DNA from: a virus | Taxonomy: Duplodnaviria > Caudoviricetes | Virus record (IMG/VR): IMGVR_UViG_3300014204_005796 | Span: 1 to 64,000 of that record | DNA length: 64,000 nucleotides | Strand: one strand, 5' to 3' | Part shown: positions 55,650 through 63,601 of the stretch, piece by piece | How the letters are laid out: the number at the start of each line of letters is the position of its first letter | Position numbering within the stretch: position 1 is the first letter of the stretch | Program-made: the position numbers and the translations under genes | The notes under the pieces: model-generated | What the model was told of the DNA's origin: nothing | The model's database searches: none | Seen by the model: the letters and a program-made list of their open reading frames with translations, nothing else

Positions 55650-55960
55650 AGTTTCGCACTAAGCGACTATGGCCGTTTTTTGAGATTCACTGGCATAGCC
55701 CGGGTCTTCTGTATCCGTGCAGCTTTACTCCTTATAAGTTCAATGGTGCCCGCGTGGGCCTTCAGCTCTATGAGCAGCCCAACCCGAGGTGATGTAACGA
55801 CCGTGGTCAAGCGGCCGCATAGATTCGGACTATATCCAGCTCGGGCACCAATTATTAATTGGCAGTGGTCAGGAGCTAAAGTGTTATGAACTCCCCTGCC
55901 GCAACATTACTAACGAAGCCTCTTATTTCTCCGCATAACTTCGGGTGTTATTCACACGCC
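55650..55960 (-). ncRNA. Candidate structured non-coding RNA or leader (family not recognised; strand assumed)
   Basis: ~330-nt gap with no credible minus-strand gene; 9-bp closing stem TGGTGCCCG/CGGGCACCA enclosing several hairpins. Confidence 0.45.
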
Positions 55961-55971
55961 ACTGTCAAATG

Positions 55972-56733
55972 TTAAATAGCTATTCTCTTCTTTGCGCTTT
56001 CTACCGCCCTAATAAACATCCTGCTCCTCTGGTCGAGAGAAGCGTACTTCAACATGTCAGCCACAGCCATCTCAGTAGGCATATCAAACAGACCGGACTT
56101 GGAAGTCTTCTTGGTGAAGAACTCTGCGCCGACTTCCGACGCTGTAGGAGACAGGTTCAGCTTTTCCCTTTCAGTAGGAGCTTTGTAGCCAAGATTGATT
56201 ATTTTCCATCCCTTGTAGTATGAACCATTTACCATGACCGCTTCTGCGCCGGGGTCTTTTTTGTTCTTTATCTCATTTTTGTACTCGAGATACTCGAGGG
56301 TCATTCTGACACTCCATGATATATCTGTGTCAACTCTGTTGTACTCAATAGCTACCTGCGTCAGAAGATCTTCAAAGGACACCTCGGGTACGCCTTCCAG
56401 TGCATTACGTACAGCCCTCTGAAAGGTTATGGGAGACTCCTTGGTCCCGGATATTAACTGGTCAGCTTCCCACTTTACCTGGTTAAAGCTGAGTATTCCT
56501 GAAGTCCGAGCTTCTGCTTTAGCCGCTTCGTAGTCCTGATAACCTTTAGGAAGTTTGGCCGGCGTGGCCGCAGCAGAGCTTTTTACCAGGCGGGCAGCTT
56601 CTAAGTCTACAGACGCTTTAAACTCCGGATTAGCAAACGTAGCATTGGGCCGGCCATTAAGTTCATAGTCAGCTTTTACGATACTCCACGCTCTAAATCT
56701 GGCGTCAGCTTTACTCAACGGTGTATTGGCCAT
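55972..56733 (-). CDS. Hypothetical protein
   Basis: AGGAGG RBS; 253-aa ORF. Confidence 0.75.
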   Translation of the reverse strand: MANTPLSKADARFRAWSIVKADYELNGRPNATFANPEFKASVDLEAARLVKSSAAATPAKLPKGYQDYEAAKAEARTSGILSFNQVKWEADQLISGTKESPITFQRAVRNALEGVPEVSFEDLLTQVAIEYNRVDTDISWSVRMTLEYLEYKNEIKNKKDPGAEAVMVNGSYYKGWKIINLGYKAPTEREKLNLSPTASEVGAEFFTKKTSKSGLFDMPTEMAVADMLKYASLDQRSRMFIRAVESAKKRIAI

Positions 56734-56748
56734 GGTAGTCGCCTCCTT

Positions 56749-57357
56749 TTAGAAGTGTATGCCTGCGTCTATAAGTAGCTGTGCTGTTGCAAAAGCAGCA
56801 ATTACAACAATAACTGCCTTACTTATTAGAAGTCCGACGCTCCAAATTATAAGTGAGCGCTCACGTCTTTTAAGTAAAGCGCCTATTTCATACAACTCCG
56901 ACGCGCGGTCGCGCAACTGTAATGTTACAGCGGTCCTAGCGCCCTCTACAAACTGGCTAAGTTCCTCTATGCCGCGTTTCTGCGCCAGCGTGTTAAGCCA
57001 GGACAGATTAACTAGCAGTACAATACAAAGGTCGCTGGTTCCACCAGCGTCAGGGTCAATGCTCCTGGTTATCATAGTCATGGCTAAGTCGTATAGGCCC
57101 ATTGAAGCGAATCCGTACACGCATAAGCCGGTTAACTCTGGTACTTTGGAATAGCGGCCCTCTTCAGACGCTATAGCTACAGCATAGAACGCTGAAAGGA
57201 ACTTTTCTTCTGCGCTTAGTTTCGCTTTAATCATCTTTGACCCGTGGTTTATACCAAACTTTGCCAGTATTGGCGCGTGGAACTTTACTACGTCAGGCCT
57301 TACTTTTTCCAACACTTCAGGCGGAAGTGTGTCAAGATTAAATTTAAATTCTCCCAT
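56749..57357 (-). CDS. Membrane protein (C-terminal hydrophobic segment)
   Basis: GGAGGTG RBS supports ATG 57357. Confidence 0.7.
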   Translation of the reverse strand: MGEFKFNLDTLPPEVLEKVRPDVVKFHAPILAKFGINHGSKMIKAKLSAEEKFLSAFYAVAIASEEGRYSKVPELTGLCVYGFASMGLYDLAMTMITRSIDPDAGGTSDLCIVLLVNLSWLNTLAQKRGIEELSQFVEGARTAVTLQLRDRASELYEIGALLKRRERSLIIWSVGLLISKAVIVVIAAFATAQLLIDAGIHF

Positions 57358-57565
57358 GAGATTCACCTCCGCGTTTTTCTTTAACAATACGCTTCCATTC
57401 AACTTCAGCTTCTTCGCGTGCTTTTTCTGCAATGCTCGCCTGGTCAATCATCATGACAATGATCAGACTCTTCATTGTGGCAACTATCTTAAAGACTTTC
57501 AGAAAAATGTAGAAGGCGACCCAGGTGAACATCAACACTGCAAGAAAAATGTAAGTGTTAAGCAT
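57344..57565 (-). CDS. Small single-pass membrane protein
   Basis: AGGAGGT RBS supports ATG 57565; MLNTYIFLAVLMFTWVAFYIFL. Confidence 0.7.
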   Translation of the reverse strand: MLNTYIFLAVLMFTWVAFYIFLKVFKIVATMKSLIIVMMIDQASIAEKAREEAEVEWKRIVKEKRGGESHGRI

Positions 57566-58154
57566 GACGGCCACCTCCTGAAAGGATATTGTAAATCTCT
57601 TCTGACAGTTTCGCGTCGTTCTTTTCCTGATAAACTTTCCAGAACGAATACGGAAAGAGACCGCCACCCAGTAACAACACGAAGACGTAATTGAACTGCA
57701 GAAGGAACAGAACCGGCGACAGGATAAGCGCCAGCGGAACCACGGAAAGCACGGTGAGCATTGCTGACTTAACCAAAGCCCATACAGCAAGCTTTATGAT
57801 TCTCGCCATGAACCTCGCCCTCAGTCCAAAAGAATATTTTTCCTTCGCAGTCAGTGAAACATTGGGGTCGGCCAGGTAGGCCGACAGTTCCTTGAACCTC
57901 TTGTTTATCAGGTAGGACCTCAGCATCTGACTCTCAAGTTCCTCAATCATTACATCATAAGGAATGTTGAGCTTCCTTGCCGCCTGAGCTACCCACGTCT
58001 TAGGCACATCCGCGTTGAGCGTTGCCAGCTGGGGGTAAGCCTTGCGTAGTACGGTCTTGAGATGTTCGAAAGCTTCAGGAGTATTTACCGAAGTAAATAT
58101 CCCGTGTACATCATGCCCGAAAACATTCTCTCCACCATTCCGTTTTATTAACAT
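57558..58154 (-). CDS. Membrane protein with two or three C-terminal hydrophobic segments
   Basis: AGGAGGTG RBS; hydrophobic stretch LAVWALV...GGGLFPY. Confidence 0.7.
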   Translation of the reverse strand: MLIKRNGGENVFGHDVHGIFTSVNTPEAFEHLKTVLRKAYPQLATLNADVPKTWVAQAARKLNIPYDVMIEELESQMLRSYLINKRFKELSAYLADPNVSLTAKEKYSFGLRARFMARIIKLAVWALVKSAMLTVLSVVPLALILSPVLFLLQFNYVFVLLLGGGLFPYSFWKVYQEKNDAKLSEEIYNILSGGGRHA

Positions 58155-58166
58155 GACCATCACCTC

Positions 58167-58613
58167 CTATAGATCTATTAAAGCATGTTCTTCAGATAGT
58201 CTCAACCAAGCCTCAATCTTTATTATACCGCAGTTGCAGCCTTGCAGTAAGTGCTTTACAATCTCGTCCTTCCTGATGCCTAACGCGTCGTCTTTCAGTC
58301 CCATGCCATGCTGGCTGTTCTCTTGCCACTTCGAGGTCTTACGCAGTTTCTTTCTTAGGTTGAGCTTCATACTCTTCATATGAAACGCTTCCCAATCCCG
58401 TTCCAAAAGACGCCCAATAAACTTCGTTAAAGCCATCTGCCTTGTGCTGGCTGCGGAATCCTTCGAGAACCAGAACTTAATCTCAATGGTGTCACACCCG
58501 CCGTAGTAAGACTGCACAAACCAGATCGGTGAAATCACTGGATAAAATTCTCTTTGTAGCGCTCGTTCAAGAGCAAGCACTGATTTAGGATTTATGTTTC
58601 CCACAGTCATCAC
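58167..58613 (-). CDS. Hypothetical protein, probable distant member of the paralog family
   Basis: First gene after promoter 58632-58660; IEIKFWFSKDSAASTRQMALTKF. Confidence 0.65.
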   Translation of the reverse strand: MMTVGNINPKSVLALERALQREFYPVISPIWFVQSYYGGCDTIEIKFWFSKDSAASTRQMALTKFIGRLLERDWEAFHMKSMKLNLRKKLRKTSKWQENSQHGMGLKDDALGIRKDEIVKHLLQGCNCGIIKIEAWLRLSEEHALIDL

Positions 58614-58631
58614 GTCCCTTCAGTTGAATAG

Positions 58632-58660
58632 AGTATACGACAAAAGTAAGTTAAAGTCAA
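58632..58660 (-). promoter_or_regulatory. Sigma70-type early promoter
   Basis: TTGACT-ttaacttacttttgtcg(17)-TATACT. Confidence 0.75.
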
Positions 58661-58670
58661 GATAAATCTT

Positions 58671-59348
58671 TTAAGCGTGCCTCACAATTACTTCCCCAAA
58701 CTTTCCAACGTTCCGCGCTATCTCAGCGAAGCGTTCCAGCTGGGCTGCTGGGTAACTGTTTTCTTGCCAAATTCCCGGCCGGAACTGCTGCAAGGCCCAG
58801 CGCTTAGCCGGTGAAATCCATTCTGCTATTTCTCGGATGTCCGCTTCTTCATGCAAGCTCGGTACAATCGTGGTACGAAACTCATAATCTATTCCGCTGT
58901 TTTTTATCATTTCAATCGTCCGGTTTATACCGGCTATTCCCACCATGGCGCCAGCAGCTCTGGCGTACTTAAGCTTTGTGGCCTTGACGTCCATTGCAAT
59001 ATAGTCAACCAATTTCTCATCGATAACTTGCTGCAATATGGTTTGTGAAGTGCCATTGGTATCGAGCTTAATAGGCAAGTTTAATAGTTTAAGCTGCTTC
59101 AAGAAGCTTGGTAAACTGTCATATATGGTTGGCTCACCTCCCGTCACCACAATACCATCTATGAGCTTCCCGCGGCGTTCAATCTCTGTGAACACTTCCG
59201 CATAAGGTACCCCGGTTCCTTCATCACTTTGTAGCGCTTTATTATGACAGTAGAAACACCTAAGGTTGCAGACTTGTGAAAAGATAACGAACGAAACCTT
59301 ACCGGGGTAATCAACCAAACTCGTCGCATTGTAACCATGTATTCTCAT
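58671..59348 (-). CDS. nrdG: Anaerobic ribonucleotide reductase activating enzyme (radical SAM)
   Basis: TSLVDYPGKVS.VIF...CNLRCFYCHN, VTGGEPT, KLDTNG, DYIAMDVK, YEFRTT. Confidence 0.9.
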   Translation of the reverse strand: MRIHGYNATSLVDYPGKVSFVIFSQVCNLRCFYCHNKALQSDEGTGVPYAEVFTEIERRGKLIDGIVVTGGEPTIYDSLPSFLKQLKLLNLPIKLDTNGTSQTILQQVIDEKLVDYIAMDVKATKLKYARAAGAMVGIAGINRTIEMIKNSGIDYEFRTTIVPSLHEEADIREIAEWISPAKRWALQQFRPGIWQENSYPAAQLERFAEIARNVGKFGEVIVRHA

Positions 59349-59608
59349 TTGCTCCTCCTTTTCCTAATAACTTGTGGATGCACAAGGCTCGTATCAACTA
59401 TTCCGTGCTTCACAAGGTTCTTTAATATTGCTAAAGCATGTCGCAATTCATGGTCAGTTATTGCGACATTAATATCCGGGGACATACCCAAGTCAGCCCT
59501 ACTAAACCGAGCAATAGGTTTTCCATTGGCGCTTCCTTCAATCACGTAGCTGTTCTTCCACGGAGCTGATATGGTACGCACGCTTAACCGGCCTGAAAAT
59601 AATTTCAT
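59345..59608 (-). CDS. 87-aa protein with basic C-terminal PQVIRKRR motif
   Basis: ATGA overlaps on both sides. Confidence 0.7.
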   Translation of the reverse strand: MKLFSGRLSVRTISAPWKNSYVIEGSANGKPIARFSRADLGMSPDINVAITDHELRHALAILKNLVKHGIVDTSLVHPQVIRKRRSK

Positions 59609-59706
59609 TTATGCTTTCTCCGTTTCGGGATACGCTGTGGGTTCTTTTTCTTTGTATTATGGAAAATCTTTTTGATTATGCTCATCATAAACGTGTTGTC
59701 TCCCAT
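59605..59706 (-). CDS. 33-aa basic micropeptide, absent from ORF track
   Basis: GAGGAG RBS; MGDNTFMMSIIKKIFHNTKKKNPQRIPKRRKHK. Confidence 0.6.
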   Translation of the reverse strand: MGDNTFMMSIIKKIFHNTKKKNPQRIPKRRKHK

Positions 59707-59787
59707 TTACTTTCTCCTCTTCGGTATAACTTGTGGCTGTTTCTTACCATGCTTAATTATTCTAATAAGCCAGGCTGGTGCGGCCAT
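59707..59787 (-). CDS. 26-aa basic micropeptide, absent from ORF track
   Basis: AAGGAGG RBS; MAAPAWLIRIIKHGKKQPQVIPKRRK. Confidence 0.6.
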   Translation of the reverse strand: MAAPAWLIRIIKHGKKQPQVIPKRRK

Positions 59788-59809
59788 TATAAATCCTCCT
59801 TATGAGTTC

Positions 59810-59828
59810 AAAGCGGCCTTGCGGCCGC
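59810..59828 (-). terminator. Weak terminator or stabilising hairpin after the ligase gene
   Basis: GCGGCC-GCAA-GGCCGC-TTT on the minus strand. Confidence 0.5.
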
Positions 59829-59833
59829 CAGGT

Positions 59834-60715
59834 TTACATATCAATCTTATCCCGTAGTCCAAGGAATACTGGAAACCTTGGCGCTTCCTCAGCCGCACCG
59901 CTGGGCTGGTGCTTGAACTTAACCACCTTACCGATGTAGCTCTTCTTGTTCTTCCATAGCTCAGCCCTGGTTGCATCGTCGAACCCCGACCCAATACCGA
60001 ACTGATTCTTGAACTTCTTGCACGTAACAACCAGCTCACCCATTGTTCCCGCGGGCACCATGCCGGCCTTGGCTGTGGAGCGTTTGGTCCTTCCGAAGGC
60101 GTCCTTGTCCGCCGCGTTTTCATTGTGCATCTTCTCATTGATGGCCACAATGGTTGCCTCGTCGTCCTCGAACCTTTTGAGCTTAAGAAGCAAGCCTTCC
60201 TTCGCCGTGGACCGGCCCAGCTTGTAGGGTCCTTCCGGCTTGCGTATCATAACTCCTTCGTACCCTTCGCTGATATACTTCTCTTCAAGTTCCTGAAGTT
60301 CTTCCACGTTCTTTATCTCCACAGGCAGAACCCGTTTGATATGTTCCGCAGGCAGCTTCAAGGCTTCCAAGTCAGCCATGCGCTCTGAGTAAGGCCGGTC
60401 GAGCGCGTCCTTCACATAATCAAATATGAAATACGTGAAGTTCGGCTCTCCTGACTCGCGCATTACGTCGCCCGTGGTTTCCTGGAAGGTCTTGCCCTCC
60501 ATGATGAGCTCGCCGTCAAGCCCGTCCGGCAGGTTCTTCTCAATCCAGGTCCTGATGAAGTGGTTCGGGATCGGCTTGAACGTCCGTGACAGGCACTTGC
60601 CTTCAATCTTCAAGCACCGTATCCCGTCGAGCTTCGTGGTGCAGAGTACCGGGTACTTCAACGTCTTAACATCCTCGCATTTTCCTGCAAGCATTGGCTT
60701 AAGAATTTTTTCCAT
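59834..60715 (-). CDS. lig: Minimal ATP-dependent DNA ligase
   Basis: KPMLA, TTKLDGIRC (motif I), LDGEL, FDYV, YEGVMIR, LLKLK, IGSGF, PRFPVF. Confidence 0.95.
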   Translation of the reverse strand: MEKILKPMLAGKCEDVKTLKYPVLCTTKLDGIRCLKIEGKCLSRTFKPIPNHFIRTWIEKNLPDGLDGELIMEGKTFQETTGDVMRESGEPNFTYFIFDYVKDALDRPYSERMADLEALKLPAEHIKRVLPVEIKNVEELQELEEKYISEGYEGVMIRKPEGPYKLGRSTAKEGLLLKLKRFEDDEATIVAINEKMHNENAADKDAFGRTKRSTAKAGMVPAGTMGELVVTCKKFKNQFGIGSGFDDATRAELWKNKKSYIGKVVKFKHQPSGAAEEAPRFPVFLGLRDKIDM

Positions 60716-61325
60716 GTGCTTTCTCCTTTTGCCAGCGCAGTTTCTGCGCGTGGCCCATTTTGGTTTTTGTACTAAGGTTATGGTGTCTTCCCAAACGAGC
60801 TCTTCGTATGTTCTCGCAATGCTCTTTTGTAAATGGTTTTCTTTTATGTGTCTGATAGTAATTTTGTAATACTTTTGACATATGCTGCTTGTATTCTTTT
60901 GAGAATGGTTTCATAGGACTTACTGCGTATCTTTGTTTTAATGTTCGTTGTATCTTTCTTTTGGTAGCAACTGACAACTTACGTCCAAGTTGCACAAATA
61001 CGTTTCCTCCAGGTGCTATGTTAAGCAACTTTCCGCCGGACTTTTTATTGTACAAATTTATCCAATAAATCTCAGCACTATTTGCCCGGTCTAATCCAGA
61101 ACATACCTCAAGCAGCACTATACCAGGTTTCTTATTTTCGTGCAGCAGTCCGCGTATCCAGGCTTCTTTGTGATTAAGTTTTCCTAATTTTCCGCGGACC
61201 ACTGACACATGCTGGCTTCTTCGTGCTGCAAGCGACCTATTAGTTTGTCCTACATATCTGACTTGGCGTGTCTTAGGACAAACTAGTCCGTAAATCTTAT
61301 AGCTTTCTTTTCTGCTGTTTCCCAT
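60699..61325 (-). CDS. Free-standing GIY-YIG endonuclease with NUMOD3-like repeats
   Basis: KIYGL..P....VRYVGQT..L..R...H, E.YWI, LLN...GG, S..TK.K repeats; AAGGAG supports ATG 61325. Confidence 0.88.
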   Translation of the reverse strand: MGNSRKESYKIYGLVCPKTRQVRYVGQTNRSLAARRSQHVSVVRGKLGKLNHKEAWIRGLLHENKKPGIVLLEVCSGLDRANSAEIYWINLYNKKSGGKLLNIAPGGNVFVQLGRKLSVATKRKIQRTLKQRYAVSPMKPFSKEYKQHMSKVLQNYYQTHKRKPFTKEHCENIRRARLGRHHNLSTKTKMGHAQKLRWQKEKAHGKNS

Positions 61326-61446
61326 TACCTTTCTCCTTGTCCCAATAAGGACTCTTGCATTTGGGACATACACGAACCTGAGTTTGTCTGGGCGTCCAAT
61401 GATGCCCGCATCTCTTACAGCCTAACACTTGCACCTTGATATCCAT
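61297..61446 (-). CDS. 49-aa Zn-ribbon protein, absent from ORF track
   Basis: AAGGAGGT RBS right after a promoter; CKRCGHHWTPR....VCPKCKSPYWD. Confidence 0.75.
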   Translation of the reverse strand: MDIKVQVLGCKRCGHHWTPRQTQVRVCPKCKSPYWDKEKGNGKQQKRKL

Positions 61447-61467
61447 TGTTACCTCCTTCCTTATAGT

Positions 61468-61496
61468 ATATTACCATAAGTAAGTTCACTTGTCAA
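61468..61496 (-). promoter_or_regulatory. Sigma70-type early promoter
   Basis: TTGACA-agtgaacttacttatgg(17)-TAATAT with TG extension. Confidence 0.6.
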
Positions 61497-62379
61497 GCCC
61501 TGGTTCGCGTAATTCCGCCAACCTTTTTTGTATAAGTGGCGCTATTATATCAGCCACCCTGCCTACGGGCAACTCCGGCTGCTTTGTATTAAATGTATTA
61601 CTAAGAAAATCCGCATACTCCTGTTGGAAAGTTTTGTCATGTAGAGCCCAAAAGTCTGCTACGCGCTCTAGGGACTCTATTACAGGATCATTCACGGCGG
61701 TTATTGTGGTTCCCTCCCAGTATAAAGCAAAATCATCTCCTTCGAGGTCTACCGGCGATAGTATAGTTACGCCAGTGTTCCCTTCCGTATCTATATACAC
61801 AGGTACCGGATACGCTGGGTCGGCTTCGGACAATAATTTGAATATATTCTTCATGATTTGGATACTAATCTGTCTGCTTTGTTCCTCTGCGGCCTTTTTT
61901 GTTTCTGCATCGAAATCTTTTTTGTATTCACGCTTAAGTATCCCCACGATCTTTTTAACAACGTCGTATGTATACCACGTACCTTCTAACCATACTCCGG
62001 TAATCATACCCTTATCCACTAATACGACAGTGTTTGAGTTTTCATATCTGGAAGGATAATCTGTTAATTCAAGGGATGGTATGAGTATTTCATATGTGAA
62101 ATAAAAACCCTCGTGGGAATAAATAGCTTGGCTTTTGTCAAGGTGATCCGGGTACGTTTTTGTCACGGTTACTTGGTCTTCTACCCAGCGCGTCTTTGTA
62201 ATCCATTTAGGCATCCATATACTCTTTCCGGAAGTCGTTACATATTTACCAACGTCTTCTGTATATTTTTCGTTGTCCCCGAACCCAGTGCCGCCAGAAT
62301 ACAATGTGATAGTTTGGCTCATCCCAAAGCAACTGCATGTAGTTAATACCAACGCTATTAATAGAATTATCTTTTTCAT
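61486..62379 (-). CDS. Exported or lipoprotein-like hypothetical protein
   Basis: MKKIILLIALVLTTCSCFG signal peptide; ATGA overlap. Confidence 0.7.
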   Translation of the reverse strand: MKKIILLIALVLTTCSCFGMSQTITLYSGGTGFGDNEKYTEDVGKYVTTSGKSIWMPKWITKTRWVEDQVTVTKTYPDHLDKSQAIYSHEGFYFTYEILIPSLELTDYPSRYENSNTVVLVDKGMITGVWLEGTWYTYDVVKKIVGILKREYKKDFDAETKKAAEEQSRQISIQIMKNIFKLLSEADPAYPVPVYIDTEGNTGVTILSPVDLEGDDFALYWEGTTITAVNDPVIESLERVADFWALHDKTFQQEYADFLSNTFNTKQPELPVGRVADIIAPLIQKRLAELREPGLDK

Positions 62380-62597
62380 TTTGATGCCTCCTTAATATTT
62401 GATATTATCATCTCACATATTACTAATAATGACTGCCGTATATCTTCTAGCTCTTTCCTGTCCTTCTCACTTAAATCCATTTCAAAGCCGGCGTAGAACA
62501 GCTCAAGTTCGTCAAGGAAATTTCTGCTACGTATCATCTCCTCTCTGGTGCCTTTCCATATTTCCATGAGCCTCTCTTTACTCAACGGGTAAGCCAT
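62376..62597 (-). CDS. Small helical hypothetical protein
   Basis: AAGGTG RBS; ATGA overlap downstream. Confidence 0.65.
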   Translation of the reverse strand: MAYPLSKERLMEIWKGTREEMIRSRNFLDELELFYAGFEMDLSEKDRKELEDIRQSLLVICEMIISNIKEASK

Positions 62598-62646
62598 TTT
62601 CTTTCACCTTTTTGGGATAAGCCAACATCGGTTTCGTGATGTTCAT
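62578..62646 (-). CDS. 22-aa micro-ORF resembling a DNA ligase N-terminus
   Basis: AGGAGGT RBS; MNITKPMLAYPKKVKENGLPVE versus ligase MEKILKPMLAGK. Confidence 0.4.
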   Translation of the reverse strand: MNITKPMLAYPKKVKENGLPVE

Positions 62647-62660
62647 GATTGAACCTCCTA

Positions 62661-62876
62661 TTAGTTTGTAACTGGTTTCTGAAATAACCTTACAACTATC
62701 TTGCGTGTACTTTCAAACTTTTTCTGCCAGTCTAAGATAAGTCTGGCCTGTGTGTCAACTGCTTGTTCCAAAGCGCAGTAGTTTCTAACGAAAGTTTCCG
62801 GGTCATGCTTTATCAGTGTTCTTAGCTCCACAGAGTCATAACGCTTAAATACCGGAGCCGTTTTGCTTCTCGCCAT
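62661..62876 (-). CDS. Small hypothetical protein
   Basis: GGGTG RBS; coiled-coil C-terminus. Confidence 0.6.
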   Translation of the reverse strand: MARSKTAPVFKRYDSVELRTLIKHDPETFVRNYCALEQAVDTQARLILDWQKKFESTRKIVVRLFQKPVTN

Positions 62877-63027
62877 GTTCATCACCCGCCTTCAGTTGTT
62901 TTAGTACCTGTGAACTTTGGTACTGAATAACTTTTGTCTCATACAGAGATAAATGTATCTTAATTCTGCCGCCTATTTTTAATATAGGCCGGGGAGTTTT
63001 ACATGTCTTACACGTGCATAATTCCAA
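62845..63027 (-). CDS. Small Cys-containing hypothetical protein
   Basis: TTG start; CTCKTC; fills the gap. Confidence 0.45.
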   Translation of the reverse strand: MELCTCKTCKTPRPILKIGGRIKIHLSLYETKVIQYQSSQVLKQLKAGDEHGEKQNGSGI

Positions 63028-63036
63028 AGTAATCTA

Positions 63037-63132
63037 TTAGAGACCTCCTTTGTCGCGGTGCAGAGCCTTCCATATAAGTACGCCTGCTCCCACCACATAA
63101 AGCCCCAGCACAAACCAGTGTATTATCGTCAT
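63037..63132 (-). CDS. 31-aa membrane micropeptide, absent from ORF track
   Basis: GAGGAGGTG RBS; MTIIHWFVLGLYVVGAGVLIWKALHRDKGGL. Confidence 0.65.
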   Translation of the reverse strand: MTIIHWFVLGLYVVGAGVLIWKALHRDKGGL

Positions 63133-63145
63133 AAGTCACCTCCTC

Positions 63146-63598
63146 TTAAAGATTCATGGTAAAGTTCCACGCTTTAAGCTCCCTGCGAAATACCAGAATT
63201 AAACGGGCGTCTTTTTTGAGACGGTACGTTTCTTTAACCAAAGCTTTTTTAAGTGTATTAAACTCTTTAATGGCTTTGGCATCCTTCGCCCAGTACTTGT
63301 CTATCTCGCGAAAGGTTATTGCTGGCAGGGTACTGTCTGCAGATTTTTCGTGGTCAAATATGTTTATGGCGCAGTACGCCGCCAGAGGATTCTTCATATA
63401 GTTTTCCAACAGTAACACCGCCGTGCTGGTTGCTATGTCAACCAGGTTCACCGCAATAATCAGAGTGTTATCGCGTTTATCTATGTAAGTATCATTCTCG
63501 AGTCCGGTGAACTCCGGAAACGCCAATGGAAGTAACTGCGGCGTCATTGTCAATGACGGACGATTAGTCAGCATTTTACAAGCTTCTTCGGCGTTCAT
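63146..63598 (-). CDS. Hypothetical protein, member of dispersed paralog family
   Basis: Strong RBS; IIAVNLVDIATSTAVLLLENY. Confidence 0.7.
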   Translation of the reverse strand: MNAEEACKMLTNRPSLTMTPQLLPLAFPEFTGLENDTYIDKRDNTLIIAVNLVDIATSTAVLLLENYMKNPLAAYCAINIFDHEKSADSTLPAITFREIDKYWAKDAKAIKEFNTLKKALVKETYRLKKDARLILVFRRELKAWNFTMNL

Positions 63599-63601
63599 AA
63601 G

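Noticed and set aside
19647-55746. 12-mer GAACTTATAAGG shared by the flanks of both RNA candidates
   Set aside because: A single 12-nt match found after the fact is compatible with chance.
55743-55850. tRNA gene (ends in ACCA, cloverleaf-like)
   Set aside because: No GTTCRA T-loop or canonical D-arm, and the acceptor stem has a mismatch; kept only as an unclassified RNA candidate.
55940-55968. TTGACA promoter upstream of the structured gap
   Set aside because: No acceptable -10 at 16-18 nt spacing.
59800-60150. 116-aa minus-strand ORF overlapping the ligase
   Set aside because: An alternative frame of a GC-rich gene, with no independent evidence.
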